Source: Longimicrobiales bacterium
Lineage (GTDB): Bacteria > Gemmatimonadota > Gemmatimonadetes > Longimicrobiales > Gaopeijiaceae
Length of the DNA stretch: 64,000 nucleotides
NCBI GenBank assembly: GCA_965226375.1
Contig: CBDDCX010000008.1
Location: forward strand, 1 to 64,000
Direction: 5' to 3'
Below the pieces are notes generated by a model, which was not told the DNA's origin, ran no database searches, and saw only the letters and a program-made list of their open reading frames with translations. Positions within the stretch are counted from its first letter, which is position 1, and each line of letters starts with the position of its first letter. The translations under genes were made by a program, and so were the position numbers. Below, piece by piece: positions 51,585 through 62,585 of this stretch.

Positions 51585-52190
51585 CGGTTGGCGATGAGCT
51601 CGGGCACGATCACACTCCGACGCCCTCGGGTTCGGGGCATTGAGGAGCGGTTCGAGAGTCGGGTGCTGCCGTTGTTCGCGAGGCGGACGAAGGAGCTGGG
51701 CGCTCTGCTTCCGGAGCTGTATCTGCATGGACTGGCAGAGGGCGACTTCGAGCTGGCGATGCGGGGACTGCTAGGCGAGGGGGCACCGCTGTCGAAGTCT
51801 TCGATTCGGAGACTGCGGGCGGGATGGACGGCGGAGTTCGAGGAATGGAGCCAGCGTCGCCTGGAGGGCCGTGAGGTGGTCTACGTATGGGCGGACGGGA
51901 TCTACGTGAAGGCAGGGCTCGAGCGGGACAAGGCGGCGCTGCTGGTGGTGCTGGGCGCGATGCGAGACGGGACGAAGGAGGTGTTGGCCCTGAGATCGGG
52001 CTACCGAGAGTCGGTCGAGTCCTGCTCCGAGGTGTTGCGGGATCTGAAGGCACGCGGCATCGAGGCGCCCCGGCTTCTGATGGCGGACGGTAACGCGGCG
52101 ATCTGGGGCGCAGTACGGCAGGTATGGCCTGAGGCGGGCGAGCAACGGTGCTGGAACCACAAGATGAGGAACATGCTGGACCGGCCGCCA
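51585..52190 (+). pseudogene. Internal IS256 transposase fragment
   Basis: Near-identical to 15690-16290, inverted. Confidence 0.85.
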
Positions 52191-52988
52191 ACGTGCAGGA
52201 CCCGGGGTTCCTGACCGTCGAGTGGACCGGGCCGGCAGCCGGTCGCGGCATCGGCGTTCTGCTGGAGCTCGAGGGTCCCGGCATCGAGGCCGTGCGCGCT
52301 CCCGGTTTCGAGTTGTACGAATCCAGGGCGTCCGGGCGGCATGAGATCGTCGTGGCGGGATCCCTCCGGGCGGGTCCCCTCGTGCAGTTCCGGGTCCCGG
52401 ACCGGGGCCAGCTGCCTCTGTACCGGGTCCGCGTCCTCGAGGTCGCGGGAGAGGATTACGAGCTCAGGGACGCGGGGCAGTACCGGGCCGTGATCACGCT
52501 GCACTGACAACCCCAGCCAAGATGGGTCCCCCGACGTGCGCGGCAAGGTTCGAGTGCGTCGGGGGGGCCACGCCCACAGCAGCCGGGGCGCGCGCAGGTG
52601 TCGCGCGCCCCGGCCTCTTGAGGGCTGCACCGAGCAGCGCCTGCTTGACGGGCCGGATGGCGCCGGGCTGGCCGGTGGAGCCCGCGTCACAGCCAACCCT
52701 GATCTCCCGTCCCGCCATCCCGGCGCCCGCGAACGACGGCTCGCAGCCGCTGTAGGGGCGCCCGCCCGCGGCGCATTCCATGACGCCCGCGGCCAGGCCG
52801 CACACGGCGTCCTCCTCCGCGCCGGGAATCGACCCGCTGACCTAGCGCCGTCCTCTTACCAGCAACCGGCCCGGCCTCCCGGACGGCATCCGGTTCCCAC
52901 GGACCTTCGCGTTCCGTCGCGCCACTGCACTGGCGGCGGCCTCCAGAGCCTCCCGGACAACGTCGAATAACTACGTGCACCACGGACA

Positions 52989-53006
52989 CTTAGGAGATTT
53001 CCTAAG
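52989..53006. promoter_or_regulatory. Palindromic operator candidate
   Basis: CTTAGGAGATTTCCTAAG next to TTGACT, upstream of the Cro-like gene. Confidence 0.4.
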
Positions 53007-53069
53007 AGTTGACTTCCTGGCAAAGGCCCCTTCAACGTTACGGGCCATGACACGGTTGGAACGGCTCTC

Positions 53070-53350
53070 ATGCAGACCCTGGAGGAGCAATTCAACACAC
53101 GGCTGAACGCGTTTCTGGGCAGCACGGGCCTGAGGCCGACGACGCTCGGCATGAAGGCGCTGGGCGACCCGAGCCTGTTACGCCAGATCGAGCGGGGACG
53201 CTCGCCGTCGCTCAGGACGGCGGACCGGATTCTGGCGTTCGTGGCGGACTACGACCTGGACTCGGGCGGCCCTCGGACTCCGCCCCGAGGCCACCGGCGT
53301 CCGGAAGCCTTCGTCACGGGCGAGGAGAACGAGGAGGAGCAGAGCGATGA
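53070..53350 (+). CDS. Cro-like HTH protein (3' end probably frameshifted)
   Basis: LRPTTLGMKALGDPSLLRQIERGRSPSLRTADRILAF. Confidence 0.7.
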
Positions 53351-53645
53351 CCGGCGCGCGACTTACGGCCGCACTGGAGTGCGCAAACGACGCGGGGGGC
53401 CGATGCGCACTTTGGCCCTCCGGCGATGCGCACGCGTGCTACGGAGTAAGCCACGACACGGCCACGTCTTGCGCCTTCGCGGCCGGGCCGGTCAGCGCCG
53501 CACCGGCAGCACTGACCGGGACGGGAGCGACCCCCCAGTCCGAGGGCCTGGTACGGGTTCGGGGCCAGGTGTGTTTGCGCACCTGCCCCCGCCCTCCTGG
53601 GGTCGCTCCCGAGCCATCGATCCTTCCAGGAAGGGTGTTGGACCG

Positions 53646-53774
53646 ATGAGGCCGGCTACGCTCGCCATCATCGGCACCGCTCTGGGAGCGGCCGCCATCT
53701 ACGCCGTCGCTCGTGCAGCCGGACTCACCGACCTCGGGCTGCGCGTCGATCTCGCCGAGGGCGACTGGGAATGA
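53646..53774 (+). CDS. 42-aa single-TM peptide
   Basis: MRPATLAIIGTALGAAAIYAVARAAG...; ATGA overlaps at both ends. Confidence 0.5.
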   Translation: MRPATLAIIGTALGAAAIYAVARAAGLTDLGLRVDLAEGDWE

Positions 53775-54217
53775 ACGCGGAGACCGGGCGGGCGGCGGGC
53801 CGACGAGATCGACCCAAACGTGCGCGCACACCTCGCGGCGCGTCCGTCGAGACCCTGCCAGCTACCTGGCGGACGCAGGCCAAGGCGCTCCGCCGGTACG
53901 GGGGCGACACTCCGGCCGTCGCGCTCGAGAGCTGCGCGGCCGAGCTCGAGGCCACGCTCCGGGAGAGGGACGAGACGACCCTCTCGCTGACGGAGGCAGC
54001 CAGGGAGAGCGGCTACTCCGCTGACCATCTCGGCCGCCGCGTGCGCGACGGCAAGATCCCCAACACCGGAAGGCCCGGCGCGCCCAGGATCGCCCGCTCG
54101 CACCTGCCACGGAAGACCCAGGCGCCAGCCACACCGCTACTGGTGGAAAAGCATCGCCGAGGCGAAGTTTCCAACGCGCAGATCGTGCAGTCCATCATCG
54201 AGAGAGGAATCGAATGA
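53771..54217 (+). CDS. Excisionase-like HTH protein
   Basis: LSLTEAARESGYSADHLGRRVRDGKIPN; coupled to the integrase. Confidence 0.65.
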   Translation: MNAETGRAAGRRDRPKRARTPRGASVETLPATWRTQAKALRRYGGDTPAVALESCAAELEATLRERDETTLSLTEAARESGYSADHLGRRVRDGKIPNTGRPGAPRIARSHLPRKTQAPATPLLVEKHRRGEVSNAQIVQSIIERGIE

Positions 54218-55377
54218 TGGCACGCACGAAACCTATCCGGCGCTCCTACGGCGCCGGCGAATGGGGCCGGAACCGGGTACGGGTCTTTCCCGATCCCAAG
54301 ACCGGCCTGTTCCAGATCGAGTGGCGCGAGAACGGGCGCAGGCTCAGCAGGTCGCTGAAGCACCGCGACTGGAGACGGGCGAAGCGGCAGGCGGACGAGT
54401 TCGCCGCTGGCTACCTCGCGCCGGAGATCGAGGGCAAGGCCGAAGCCGAGTCCGAGCCGCTCACCCTGGAGACGCTTTTTGACATCTACGGTGAAGAGGT
54501 GACGCCCACCAAGCGTGGGCAGTCGCGGCTGCACGACAGGGCCGCGATGAGGATGTTCCTCGGGTGCTTCGGCAGGGACCGGAAGCCCGCAACGCTCTCC
54601 CAGCGCGACTGGGACCGGTTCATCCGGGAGCGGCGCGCGGGTAGAGCCGGCGCGAGCGGAAGCCCGGTGTCCGACCGGACGATCGAACGCGACTTGAAGT
54701 TCCTGCTCGCGGTCCTCAACTGGGCCATGAAGTCGAGGGACGAGCGGGGCGAACTGCTCCTCGGCTCGAACCCGCTCAAGGGCCTGAAGACGCCCACGGA
54801 GAAGAACCCGGTCCGGGTCGTCCTTTCTGAGGAGGAATACCAGGCGCTTCTCGAGGTGTCCCGCCCGGTCGACTGGCGGTTTCGTGTCGCGCTCGTGCTC
54901 GCGCACGAGACGGGTCACCGCATCGGCGCCATCCGCCAGCTTCGATGGTCGGACATCGACATGGAAGGCGGAGTGGTGCGGTGGCGCGCAGAGCACGAGA
55001 AGTCGGGCTACGAGCACCGGACGCCGGTCACCGCCGAGGCGCTCGCCGCCTTGGAGGAGGCGCGAAACAGGAACCCCGTGACCGGACACACTCTCGTGCT
55101 GCCCTCGCCGCAGGATCCGTCGAGGTGCGTGGGCTCCTGTCAGGCGCGCGGCTGGTGGCAAAAAGCGGAGGGGCTCGCGGGGCTTGAACCTAAGCCCGGC
55201 AGAGGCTGGCATTCCCTGAGGCGAAAGTTCGCCTCCGACCTCATGAACCAGCCACTCAAGGTGCTCTGCGAGTTGGGTGGCTGGAAGACGGCCAAGACGG
55301 TGCTCCAGTGCTACCAGAGGGCCGACGAGGCACAACTCAGGACGGCTCTGGAAAGCCGCCGCAGAGTTCGCGCCTGA
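54214..55377 (+). CDS. Tyrosine recombinase / phage-type integrase
   Basis: ETGHRIGAIRQLRWSDI, K, HSLRR, GGW...QCY catalytic set. Confidence 0.93.
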   Translation: MMARTKPIRRSYGAGEWGRNRVRVFPDPKTGLFQIEWRENGRRLSRSLKHRDWRRAKRQADEFAAGYLAPEIEGKAEAESEPLTLETLFDIYGEEVTPTKRGQSRLHDRAAMRMFLGCFGRDRKPATLSQRDWDRFIRERRAGRAGASGSPVSDRTIERDLKFLLAVLNWAMKSRDERGELLLGSNPLKGLKTPTEKNPVRVVLSEEEYQALLEVSRPVDWRFRVALVLAHETGHRIGAIRQLRWSDIDMEGGVVRWRAEHEKSGYEHRTPVTAEALAALEEARNRNPVTGHTLVLPSPQDPSRCVGSCQARGWWQKAEGLAGLEPKPGRGWHSLRRKFASDLMNQPLKVLCELGGWKTAKTVLQCYQRADEAQLRTALESRRRVRA

Positions 55378-55474
55378 TCCCAATCAGCGGGAATCAGATG
55401 GCGGGAATCCGGCCAGCGAAGCCCGTAAGTTCAATAATCACATAAACATCCAAAACTGTGGGCGTTTGCCTGAC

Positions 55475-57195
55475 CGGCAGGTAGCCGATCTCGTCGATGA
55501 CCGGGAGCGAAGGATAGGTGAGGATCTTGAGGCGGCGTCCCAGCTGGCCGGTGGTCTTGGCTTCTTCGAGCGAGGTGATGAGGTCGGCCAGAGCGCCGTA
55601 GTAGACTCTGCGCCCGCTCTGAGCCGCGGCAATGGCGAGGCTGATCGCGAGATGCGTCTTGCCGACGCCCGGCGGGCCGAGGAAGATCACGTTCTCCTTA
55701 CGCTCCAAGAAGCCGAGCTCGTGGAGCGAGTCGATCTGCTCGCGCTTGATCGAGGGCTGGAAGCTGAAGTCGAAGTCGTCGAGGGTCTTGATGCCCGGTA
55801 GCCGGCTCGAGCGCATCGCAGCCTGAAGGCGGCGGTTGTTGCGCAGCGTGATCTGGGCACCGAGGAGTTGCTCGATGGCCTCCGAGGCCGTCACGCCTCC
55901 GCCATCGACCCCGGTGAGGACGTCGTCGATGGCCTCCAGCGCACCGGGCATCTTGAGATCGGCGAGCTGGGCTCGGATCCGGTCACGGCGAGAGCGAGCG
56001 GCAGCCTTCATCGGTCCCCTCCCGCGATCTGGGCATAGGCCGTGAGGGGACGTCGCTCGACGTGGATGGCCGGCAAGGACGTCGTGCCGGGTGAGGAGCG
56101 ATCCGGAGGCAGGACGAGGGGGTGATACGGGCGAGTCGCCAAGGGCTCGAGGAGCAGTCGTTCACGCTCGAAGCGATCGAGGGGCCGCTCCTTCAGCGTT
56201 GCGTGGCTGCGCACATTGGCTTCCGTCTCAAGCCAATGAAGGGCCTGCGCGTTGAGATCGTCGTCCGACGTGAAGGTGCGCCCGTAGAAGAAGCTCTCCC
56301 TGAGGTAGCGGATCGGCCGCTCCACCTTGCCCTTGGTCTGAGCCCGCTAGGGTCGGCACGCTCGGATCCTGAAGTTCCAGTGGTAGGCGTAGCGCATGAA
56401 CTCCGGGTTCTCGACGAGGGCACCATCGTCGTATCGACCGTCCTCGATGACGACCGCCTTCATTTGGTCGAACAGAAGCTCACGGGGCACGCCGCCGAAG
56501 TAGGAAAACGAAGACTCCAGGCCATGCATCAGGGCCTTCATGGTCTGCCGGGTGTAGAACTGAACCCACAGCAGCCTCGAGTAGCCCAGCACGACGATTA
56601 GTGCGTAACGCTTGCCCCACGGTAGCCGGAAGTGGGCGAAGTCCACCTGGCCCTGACGCCCAGGCGCCGTCTCGAAGCGCACGACCGGCTCCTCTGGGGG
56701 TCGAGGCCGGACCTTGCGTACATAGCGTTTCACTTGGTTGTAACTGCCCGGGTAGCCAGCGGCCCGGACCTCCTTGAAGAGCCGTACAGCCGTGAGCTTC
56801 GGGTACTCCTTGAGACGCGTGTCGATCAACGGCTTGTACGGATCCAGCTTCGACGGCATCAGACATCTCGGACCGTACCCGACACGCTCTTCGTCCAACT
56901 CCCGGTCCAGTTGACCGGTCTCTATCCAGTGGTACACGGTACGGCGACTGACCCCCAGATCCCGGGCGATCACCGCCTTGTTCATCCCCTGCTCGAGGTA
57001 ATGACGGAGCAGCACGCGCTTCTCCCTTCCGATCATTGCACCTCCACGTTCGCGGTGGAGGCGCCAAGTGAGTGGATCGGCCGGAAGATCGCTCGGGGTG
57101 GTGCCTACATCCCCACTCTCCCGCCCGCTAGGTCAAAGCGCCAAGTGTGCAATTTTCGATGGCCACATGTGTGCAATATTGGAAGGCCGCTAACA
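55475..57195 (-). mobile_element. IS21-family element, 3'-truncated: istA 56008..57036 (internal TAG at 56347), istB 55475..56011
   Basis: RFETAPGRQGQVDF, KGKVERPIRY; GPPGVGKTHLA, IDEIGYLP; end TGTTAGCGGCC with repeated TTGCACAC motifs. Confidence 0.92.
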
Positions 57196-57293
57196 ATCGA
57201 ATCGACCACGTCAACTCTGACAACGTGGAGTTGGACGCCGGAGCAGGGATACGTGCCGGTAGACCTATCAAGCAACTAGCCCACAGGAATGTC

Positions 57294-57441
57294 GTGTAAC
57301 GGGCTCACGGCTCCCGACGCGGAGTGAGCGTTAGCGAACGCAGTGTCCCGAAGGGACGGGCCCGTTGGTCTCCACGATAGTACCGCAACAGGTAACGCGC
57401 GAAGGCGCGCCAGAGGGCCCGGCGGGAGAGCGGCGTTATGG
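57294..57441 (-). other. attC-like recombination hairpin (148 bp)
   Basis: Minus strand CCATAAC...CTCCCG // CGGGAG...GTTACAC; its TAA is the stop codon of the upstream gene. Confidence 0.7.
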
Positions 57442-57699
57442 GACGCGGTCCCCACCGATATGTGTCCAGCCCAATTCAACCTCTACCAATCGCCTTGTAG
57501 CTGTATCGATTTGCGCAGGCGCCCGTCGGATATACTCCTCTGCATTCCTCCGCTGCTCAGCGGGGAGGTGCCGGAGATAGGTGACCGCAGTGATGAGGCG
57601 GAGCGCCTGGCTCGGTCGGGGACGGATCCGACGCTTGATCTCGGGTGCAGAGGCTGTTCGTGGTGCGCAGTCGGGCCCAGCGTAGAACGGGTCCCGTGA

Positions 57700-58685
57700 A
57701 GCCCCGCTCAAGCACGTTGACCCTCGGGGAGCTCCTTGTGCCAGCGCGCCGTATCTCGGCCAGGCGCGACTCAGCGAGCCCGGGGGCCCGGAAGACGGCG
57801 GCAACCTCGCGCGCCACACGCTTGCGCAGGCGATGCGGGACCTTGGCCGCACGTCTGCGTTGCAGGTGGACAGTACAGCGCTGGCAGCGCACCTCGGGCA
57901 GGAAGCGGCGCACCGCGGCTGCCAGGAGCGCGATCACGAGCTGGACGCCGCTGAGGCTCCAGGAGTTGCGAGCTCCGACCAGCTGTTCTCCGATTCCTCA
58001 GGGCCCAGCGTGATGCCCAGGAGCCGGCGGTGGCCGTCCGGGCCCACGGCGTAGGCCACGAGCGCCTCACGTTCTCGATCGGGCCCAGCGGGCATCGAGG
58101 AACGTCGCGTCCAGGTACAGGTAGGGGTGGGCCCCCTCGATGGGTGCACTCCGCAGCGTTTGCACGCCCTCGAGCCGCTTCGCGACCCGGCTCACCGTCG
58201 AGCGTCCCACGCGCTCACCCATGAGTGCCTCGGTCGTCGCCCATCTTGCGCTGCGACACGCCGCTCACGTAGGACCATCATCGCATCGACTTCTTCACTC
58301 CTGCGCTGGTAGCGACCCATCACGTCGGCGGGCGAGCCGCCTTCTGCGCGGGACCGTCACGTCGATCAGGCTCGTAAGCAGGCGCCTCAGATACGTCCCG
58401 TTCCTGTGGCCCTTCCGGGCCGACCCGCTCGAATCGTCGCGCTCCGACCATGCCTTCAACTCCTCCTCCAACACCATCTCGAGCGTTAGCCGGATCGCGC
58501 CCTGAAACAGTGACTTCAAATCCTGACGCCGTCTTGACGTGGCCCGGGTCTTCGACCATCTTTTCCAGAGGAAGCTTGTTCCGGTTCCGACCTGCTCGCA
58601 GGCCGGACTCCCGGGTTCATGTCGAGCTTCCTCTTTCTTTTCCGGGCTGTCCACCCTCCTCGGACGCCCTCACCCCCTTTTACCG
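57700..58685 (-). mobile_element. Degraded IS256-family element
   Basis: RNGTYLRRLLT, YLDAT, GHRRLLGI, QRCTVHL; 31-bp direct repeat at 57542-57572 and 58686-58716. Confidence 0.75.
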
Positions 58686-59029
58686 GCATTCCTCCGCTGC
58701 TCAGCGGGGAGGTGCCAACCGCCTCGGACTGGGGGCAGAGGAGCCGTCGAATGCAATGCTGTCCAAACTACGCCTCCCAACCCCAGTCGCTCTGCCCATT
58801 CTGCAATCGTCTGGACGCACAGCCCTTCGGACCGACCATCCGGACCCCACCAACCCACATGCTCCTCCGCGCTCCTCTTCCCGATTCCTTCGCGAAGCCG
58901 GAGTGCCTCTCGAACTGCGGGGAGATTGGGGCTGGACATCACGGCCCACAGGACACGGACTGGCGCCCCTTGTGGCGTGAGGACGAGCGTGATTCGCCCG
59001 TCTCGTGATCGGCGGGCGACCTCGATGGG

Positions 59030-60378
59030 TGTACCGGTTCCGGTTTCCTGGACAAGTCGGCGGCCTAATCATGCCGCCTTCAGGGTGAGCTCCTGACGGA
59101 CCTGGGCCGGGGTCCGATACCCGTGCCGCTCCAGGAGCCACCCGCGGTTGTAGCGTTCGATGAACGCATCGATCTCCTGCCTGGCCTCCTCGAGGCTCTC
59201 GAAGTCGTGGAGGTACAGGCACTCTTCCTTCAGCGTCCGCATGAAGCGTTCCGCGACGCCGTTGCACTCCGGCTCTCCTACGTACGAGGCCGTCGAGCGG
59301 ATCCCGAGCCAGGCCAGCTCTCCTTGGAACTGATGGGCGGTGTACTGAGGGCCCCAGTCGTGCCGTAGGCCGAGCCCCAGAGCGATCTTGGGCGCGTAGC
59401 CGTCCATGTGGGTTCGTACACCCTGGCGGATCGGCTCGAGCGCTGCCCACCGATCGCCCTTCTTCGCCACGTGCCAGCCCACCACGTCTGTGATGCAGTG
59501 ATCCACCGCCACGAAGAACCAGCACCACCCATCCTCCTTCGTGTAGAACCGCGTCGCGTCCGTACCCCACAGCTCGTTCGGCACATCCGTCGCGTGATCC
59601 GGCCGCTGTGGCTCCGGTCCCCACGCGGGTGCTTTCCGCGCCGTACGGGGGCCAGCAGCCCATTCTCCCGCATCAGCCGCAGCACGCGGTTCTTGCCCAC
59701 ACCGATCCCCTTGGCTCTCAGACGGGCCCGGACCTTCCGGTGGCCTTCGCCCAGGAAGTCGCTCTCCTTCAGCACCTGTCGGATCTCCTCCACCAACTCC
59801 TCGTCGCTCAGCTTCGTCTTCGGTCCGCGCTTCTTCAGCCCTGCCGGCCCGTCGCTCTCTTCTCGATCTCGGGCCGCGTAGACCGTCGAGCGCCCCACCC
59901 GCCAGACCTCGCAGATCATCGTCAGAGGGTAGAGCCGCCCTGTCCCCGGACTCACCCGCGTCCGCGCTTCAAGAGCTTCTCCAGCTCGTCCCCGTACCCC
60001 CTTTTTTCCAGGAGTTCTCTCGCAAGCTCCAGTCGCATCGTCAACTCTCCCAGCTTCGCCCGGGTCCGGGTCAGCTCCCGTTCTCCAGGGTCTCGGCCCC
60101 GGCGTCTCAGTCCCTGCTGACCGGTCTCCAGGAACACCCGCCGCCATTCCTCCAGCTCCGGCGGTGAGACCTGTACCTCGCGGCTGACCTCCACCAGGTC
60201 CTCACCCCGTAGCAGGCGCAGCACCACCTCCGTTTTCTGCTGGGCACTCCACCGCTCGGGTACCTTCTCACGACCTGCGGTCGCCTTGTTCTCCCTCGGC
60301 TTCTGGGCCATCACGTCCCTTTCTCTCTGGACCCGCTGTCTTTGCCAATCTACTGTCCAGAGAAATCGGGGGCGCTAA
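59030..60378 (-). mobile_element. IS3-family element (orfA 59952..60314, orfB about 59069..59955 frameshifted), ATGGG duplication
   Basis: WGTDAT, RHDWGPQY, NGVAERFMRTLKE; ATGGG at 59025-59029 and 60379-60383. Confidence 0.9.
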
Positions 60379-60503
60379 ATGGGTAACAACGGGCCGTCGT
60401 TGAACCAACCTCGTCGCACGGGAAGCTTACGTGGACTCCAAATCAGCGAGCCCCATCCCAGGCACGCGATCGCGCTCACTCGATGGGGCCAACGGTTTGC
60501 GTT

Positions 60504-60908
60504 CTACTCGTCATACCATACTACCGCGATCAACTCCCCGGCGAAGATGTTCTCGATCATGGCTTTCCGCGTCGGGTTCTTTGGAGTCGTCGAAAAGATG
60601 ATTCCCGGGGAGACGCCAGCGGCGTCCTTGAGTTCAGCCTCGACGTAGCTCCAAATCTGGCGCACTTGTCTCCTGGCGTTTCGGCGGACGGCGTGCGGAG
60701 TCATGCGATCCCAGTCGGAGGCCTTGATCTCGACAACCGCGACCTCACTTCCTGACGTCGCGTGCACATCGATTCGCTCGCGTCGGCCGGACACCCTGAT
60801 AACGGGCCGTTCGTCCTCGATCCTGCCCTCAGCGGTAAGATGCCACTCGTGTTGCACCAGGCGATGGAAGGCCTTACCACGCCTGAGTTGGCTTGGCTCC
60901 CTCTTCAG
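60504..60908 (-). CDS. PD-(D/E)XK nuclease-like protein
   Basis: GKAFHRLVQ...RIDV...VVEIKAS...QIWSY; probable CTG start with GGGAGG RBS just after the attC-like site. Confidence 0.7.
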   Translation of the reverse strand: MKREPSQLRRGKAFHRLVQHEWHLTAEGRIEDERPVIRVSGRRERIDVHATSGSEVAVVEIKASDWDRMTPHAVRRNARRQVRQIWSYVEAELKDAAGVSPGIIFSTTPKNPTRKAMIENIFAGELIAVVWYDE

Positions 60909-60937
60909 GGGTTCCCTCCCGTGGTCGAGACCGTGTC

Positions 60938-61082
60938 CGATAACGGGCTCACGGACTCACGACGCGGAGGGTGGAGCAGCCACCGGAGCGTCCGCGAAGC
61001 GGCCGGCCCGATGTTCACGTTAGAGCTTCACGCTTCAGAGCGACAGCGTATCTGAGGGCCGTGCGTGAGTCGAGCGTTATCG
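60938..61082 (-). other. attC-like recombination hairpin (145 bp)
   Basis: TCCGATAAC...GACTCACG // CGTGAGTC...GTTATCGGA; same family as 57294. Confidence 0.72.
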
Positions 61083-61211
61083 GATGTGAGTGTGGTCACA
61101 GCATCAGAAGGCGCTTGTGCGATGCACCCCACCCGACCAATCGGAGATTGCGGGCAGCGGAGTCTCCCTGGCACCGGCTTCGCAACGTACGCTTCTGACT
61201 CCCCAGCAAGG

Positions 61212-61295
61212 AGCACTTTCAACTCACCTTCTCACTCCCCAAAACTGTCACCCATGTCCCTTCACTGGGTGTTACCCATGTTGTTTCCTGTTCAC
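61212..61295 (+). mobile_element. Orphan right end of an IS481-like element
   Basis: ACTGTCACCCATGTCC..TCACTGGGTGTTACCCAT...CCTGTTCAC matches 44271-44356. Confidence 0.75.
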
Positions 61296-61445
61296 GCCCA
61301 CCGGATTAACCCGAGCGATGGCAAGGAGCCAAAGCCGGTTGTAACGTGGGCGCAAGCGCACGACGCAAAGCCGGCACCGAAGGCATCGCATGCAGACGGA
61401 CCGGAGGCTCTCGCGTCGGGCACAAGCTCATTGCATGGAGCGACA

Positions 61446-62558
61446 GTGGTCCGCAACGAGAAGATCCTGATTGTCGGGGGCGGTATCGCTGGACTCGCGG
61501 TTGCTCGTGCACTCCAGCGCGCCGGCTGGTCGCCACGGCTGGTGGAGATCAGACCCGAATGGCCGCGGGCCGGAACGGGTCTGTACACCCCCGCGAACGG
61601 CGTCGCCGCGTTGGAGCAGTTGGGCCTGGCAGAGGCGGTTCGCAGCCGAGGCTTCGCAGTCGGTCGCCGGCACATCGCGACGGCGAAAGGGGCCATGCTG
61701 CTTGACCTCGACCTCGGAAGCGTCTGGGGACACCCTCAGCCCTGTCTGGGCATCCACCGCGAAGCGTTACACGAGGTTCTGGTCGAGGGAGCGCATGGCG
61801 TCGACCTCGCTCTCGGCACGACTGTGACGCGCTTCGAGGCGGGGCCAGACGGAGTGGACGTGGCGCTGTCTGACGGCAGCGACGGCAGATTCGATCTCGT
61901 TGTGGGCGCCGATGGCATTCGTTCCTCGATACGCGCGGCCCTCATGGGCGAGATCGAGCTTCGAATCGTGAATCCTCTGACGTGTCGCTTCGTGACGACC
62001 CGTCCCCCGGAGCTCAAACACTGGACGCTACGTGCCAGCGCGCTGGGACAGTTTCTGATGATCCCGATCAGCGACACAGAGTTGTACTGCTACGTCGCCC
62101 GCAATCCCCAGGCAGGCAGGTACCCCGATCAGGCGGAGTTCTTCGATCCGTTCAAGCATTTCGCGGATCCGGTGCCGGCGATCCTGGCCGGCTGGAGCGA
62201 GGAGCGTGCCCACTGGTCGCGCCTGGAGGAGCTTGCTTTATTGCCCACATGGGGCCGAGGCCGGGTGGTGCGGATTGGTGACGCAGCTCACGCCATGCCG
62301 CCGTTTATGGCCCAGGGCGGTGCCCTCGCGCTCGAGGATGCGGTGGTCCTCAGCGCGCTGCTCCAGGACGCCGATTGGTCGGCGGTGGCTGAATCACTCA
62401 CAGTGCGCCGGCGCGAAAGGGTCGACTGGGTCCGCGCCCGCAGCCAACGTCGAGAAAAGCTCGCTCGGCTGCCGTTCTGGATTGCGCGCTTGGGACTAAA
62501 GCTGTCGGGGAAGAAGGCATGGACGCAGGACTACGCGCCGCTACGCAGCTCGGTGTGA
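61446..62558 (+). CDS. FAD-dependent monooxygenase (UbiH/salicylate hydroxylase-like)
   Basis: IVGGGIAG, VVGADGIRS, IGDAAHAMPPFMAQGGALALEDA. Confidence 0.93.
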   Translation: MVRNEKILIVGGGIAGLAVARALQRAGWSPRLVEIRPEWPRAGTGLYTPANGVAALEQLGLAEAVRSRGFAVGRRHIATAKGAMLLDLDLGSVWGHPQPCLGIHREALHEVLVEGAHGVDLALGTTVTRFEAGPDGVDVALSDGSDGRFDLVVGADGIRSSIRAALMGEIELRIVNPLTCRFVTTRPPELKHWTLRASALGQFLMIPISDTELYCYVARNPQAGRYPDQAEFFDPFKHFADPVPAILAGWSEERAHWSRLEELALLPTWGRGRVVRIGDAAHAMPPFMAQGGALALEDAVVLSALLQDADWSAVAESLTVRRRERVDWVRARSQRREKLARLPFWIARLGLKLSGKKAWTQDYAPLRSSV

Positions 62559-62585
62559 GACGCGTAGCTGGGAGTGTTGGCGAAT

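Larger units (their letters stand above)
57436..60479 (-). pseudogene. Hypothetical protein with ChaC/GGCT-like GWGSLIW motif, split by two IS insertions
   Basis: Reassembles as [20 protein letters not shown]...DGPLLPI|EVARRSRDGRITLV...VVWTAL...YLRHLPAEQRRNAEEYIRRAPAQIDT...LGWTHIGGDRVP*. Confidence 0.75.

Noticed and set aside
53070..53774. 234-aa HTH-TM fusion protein
   Set aside because: The middle looks out of frame, and the ATGA overlaps favour three separate ORFs with one indel
54214..55377. Integron integrase IntI
   Set aside because: No recognisable IntI-specific insertion before the HxLR motif, and it is coupled to Xis-like and Cro-like genes as phage-type integrases are
61065..61445. 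N-terminal extension of the monooxygenase
   Set aside because: It reads through an attC-like site and an IS481 end; the Rossmann motif starts after GTG 61446
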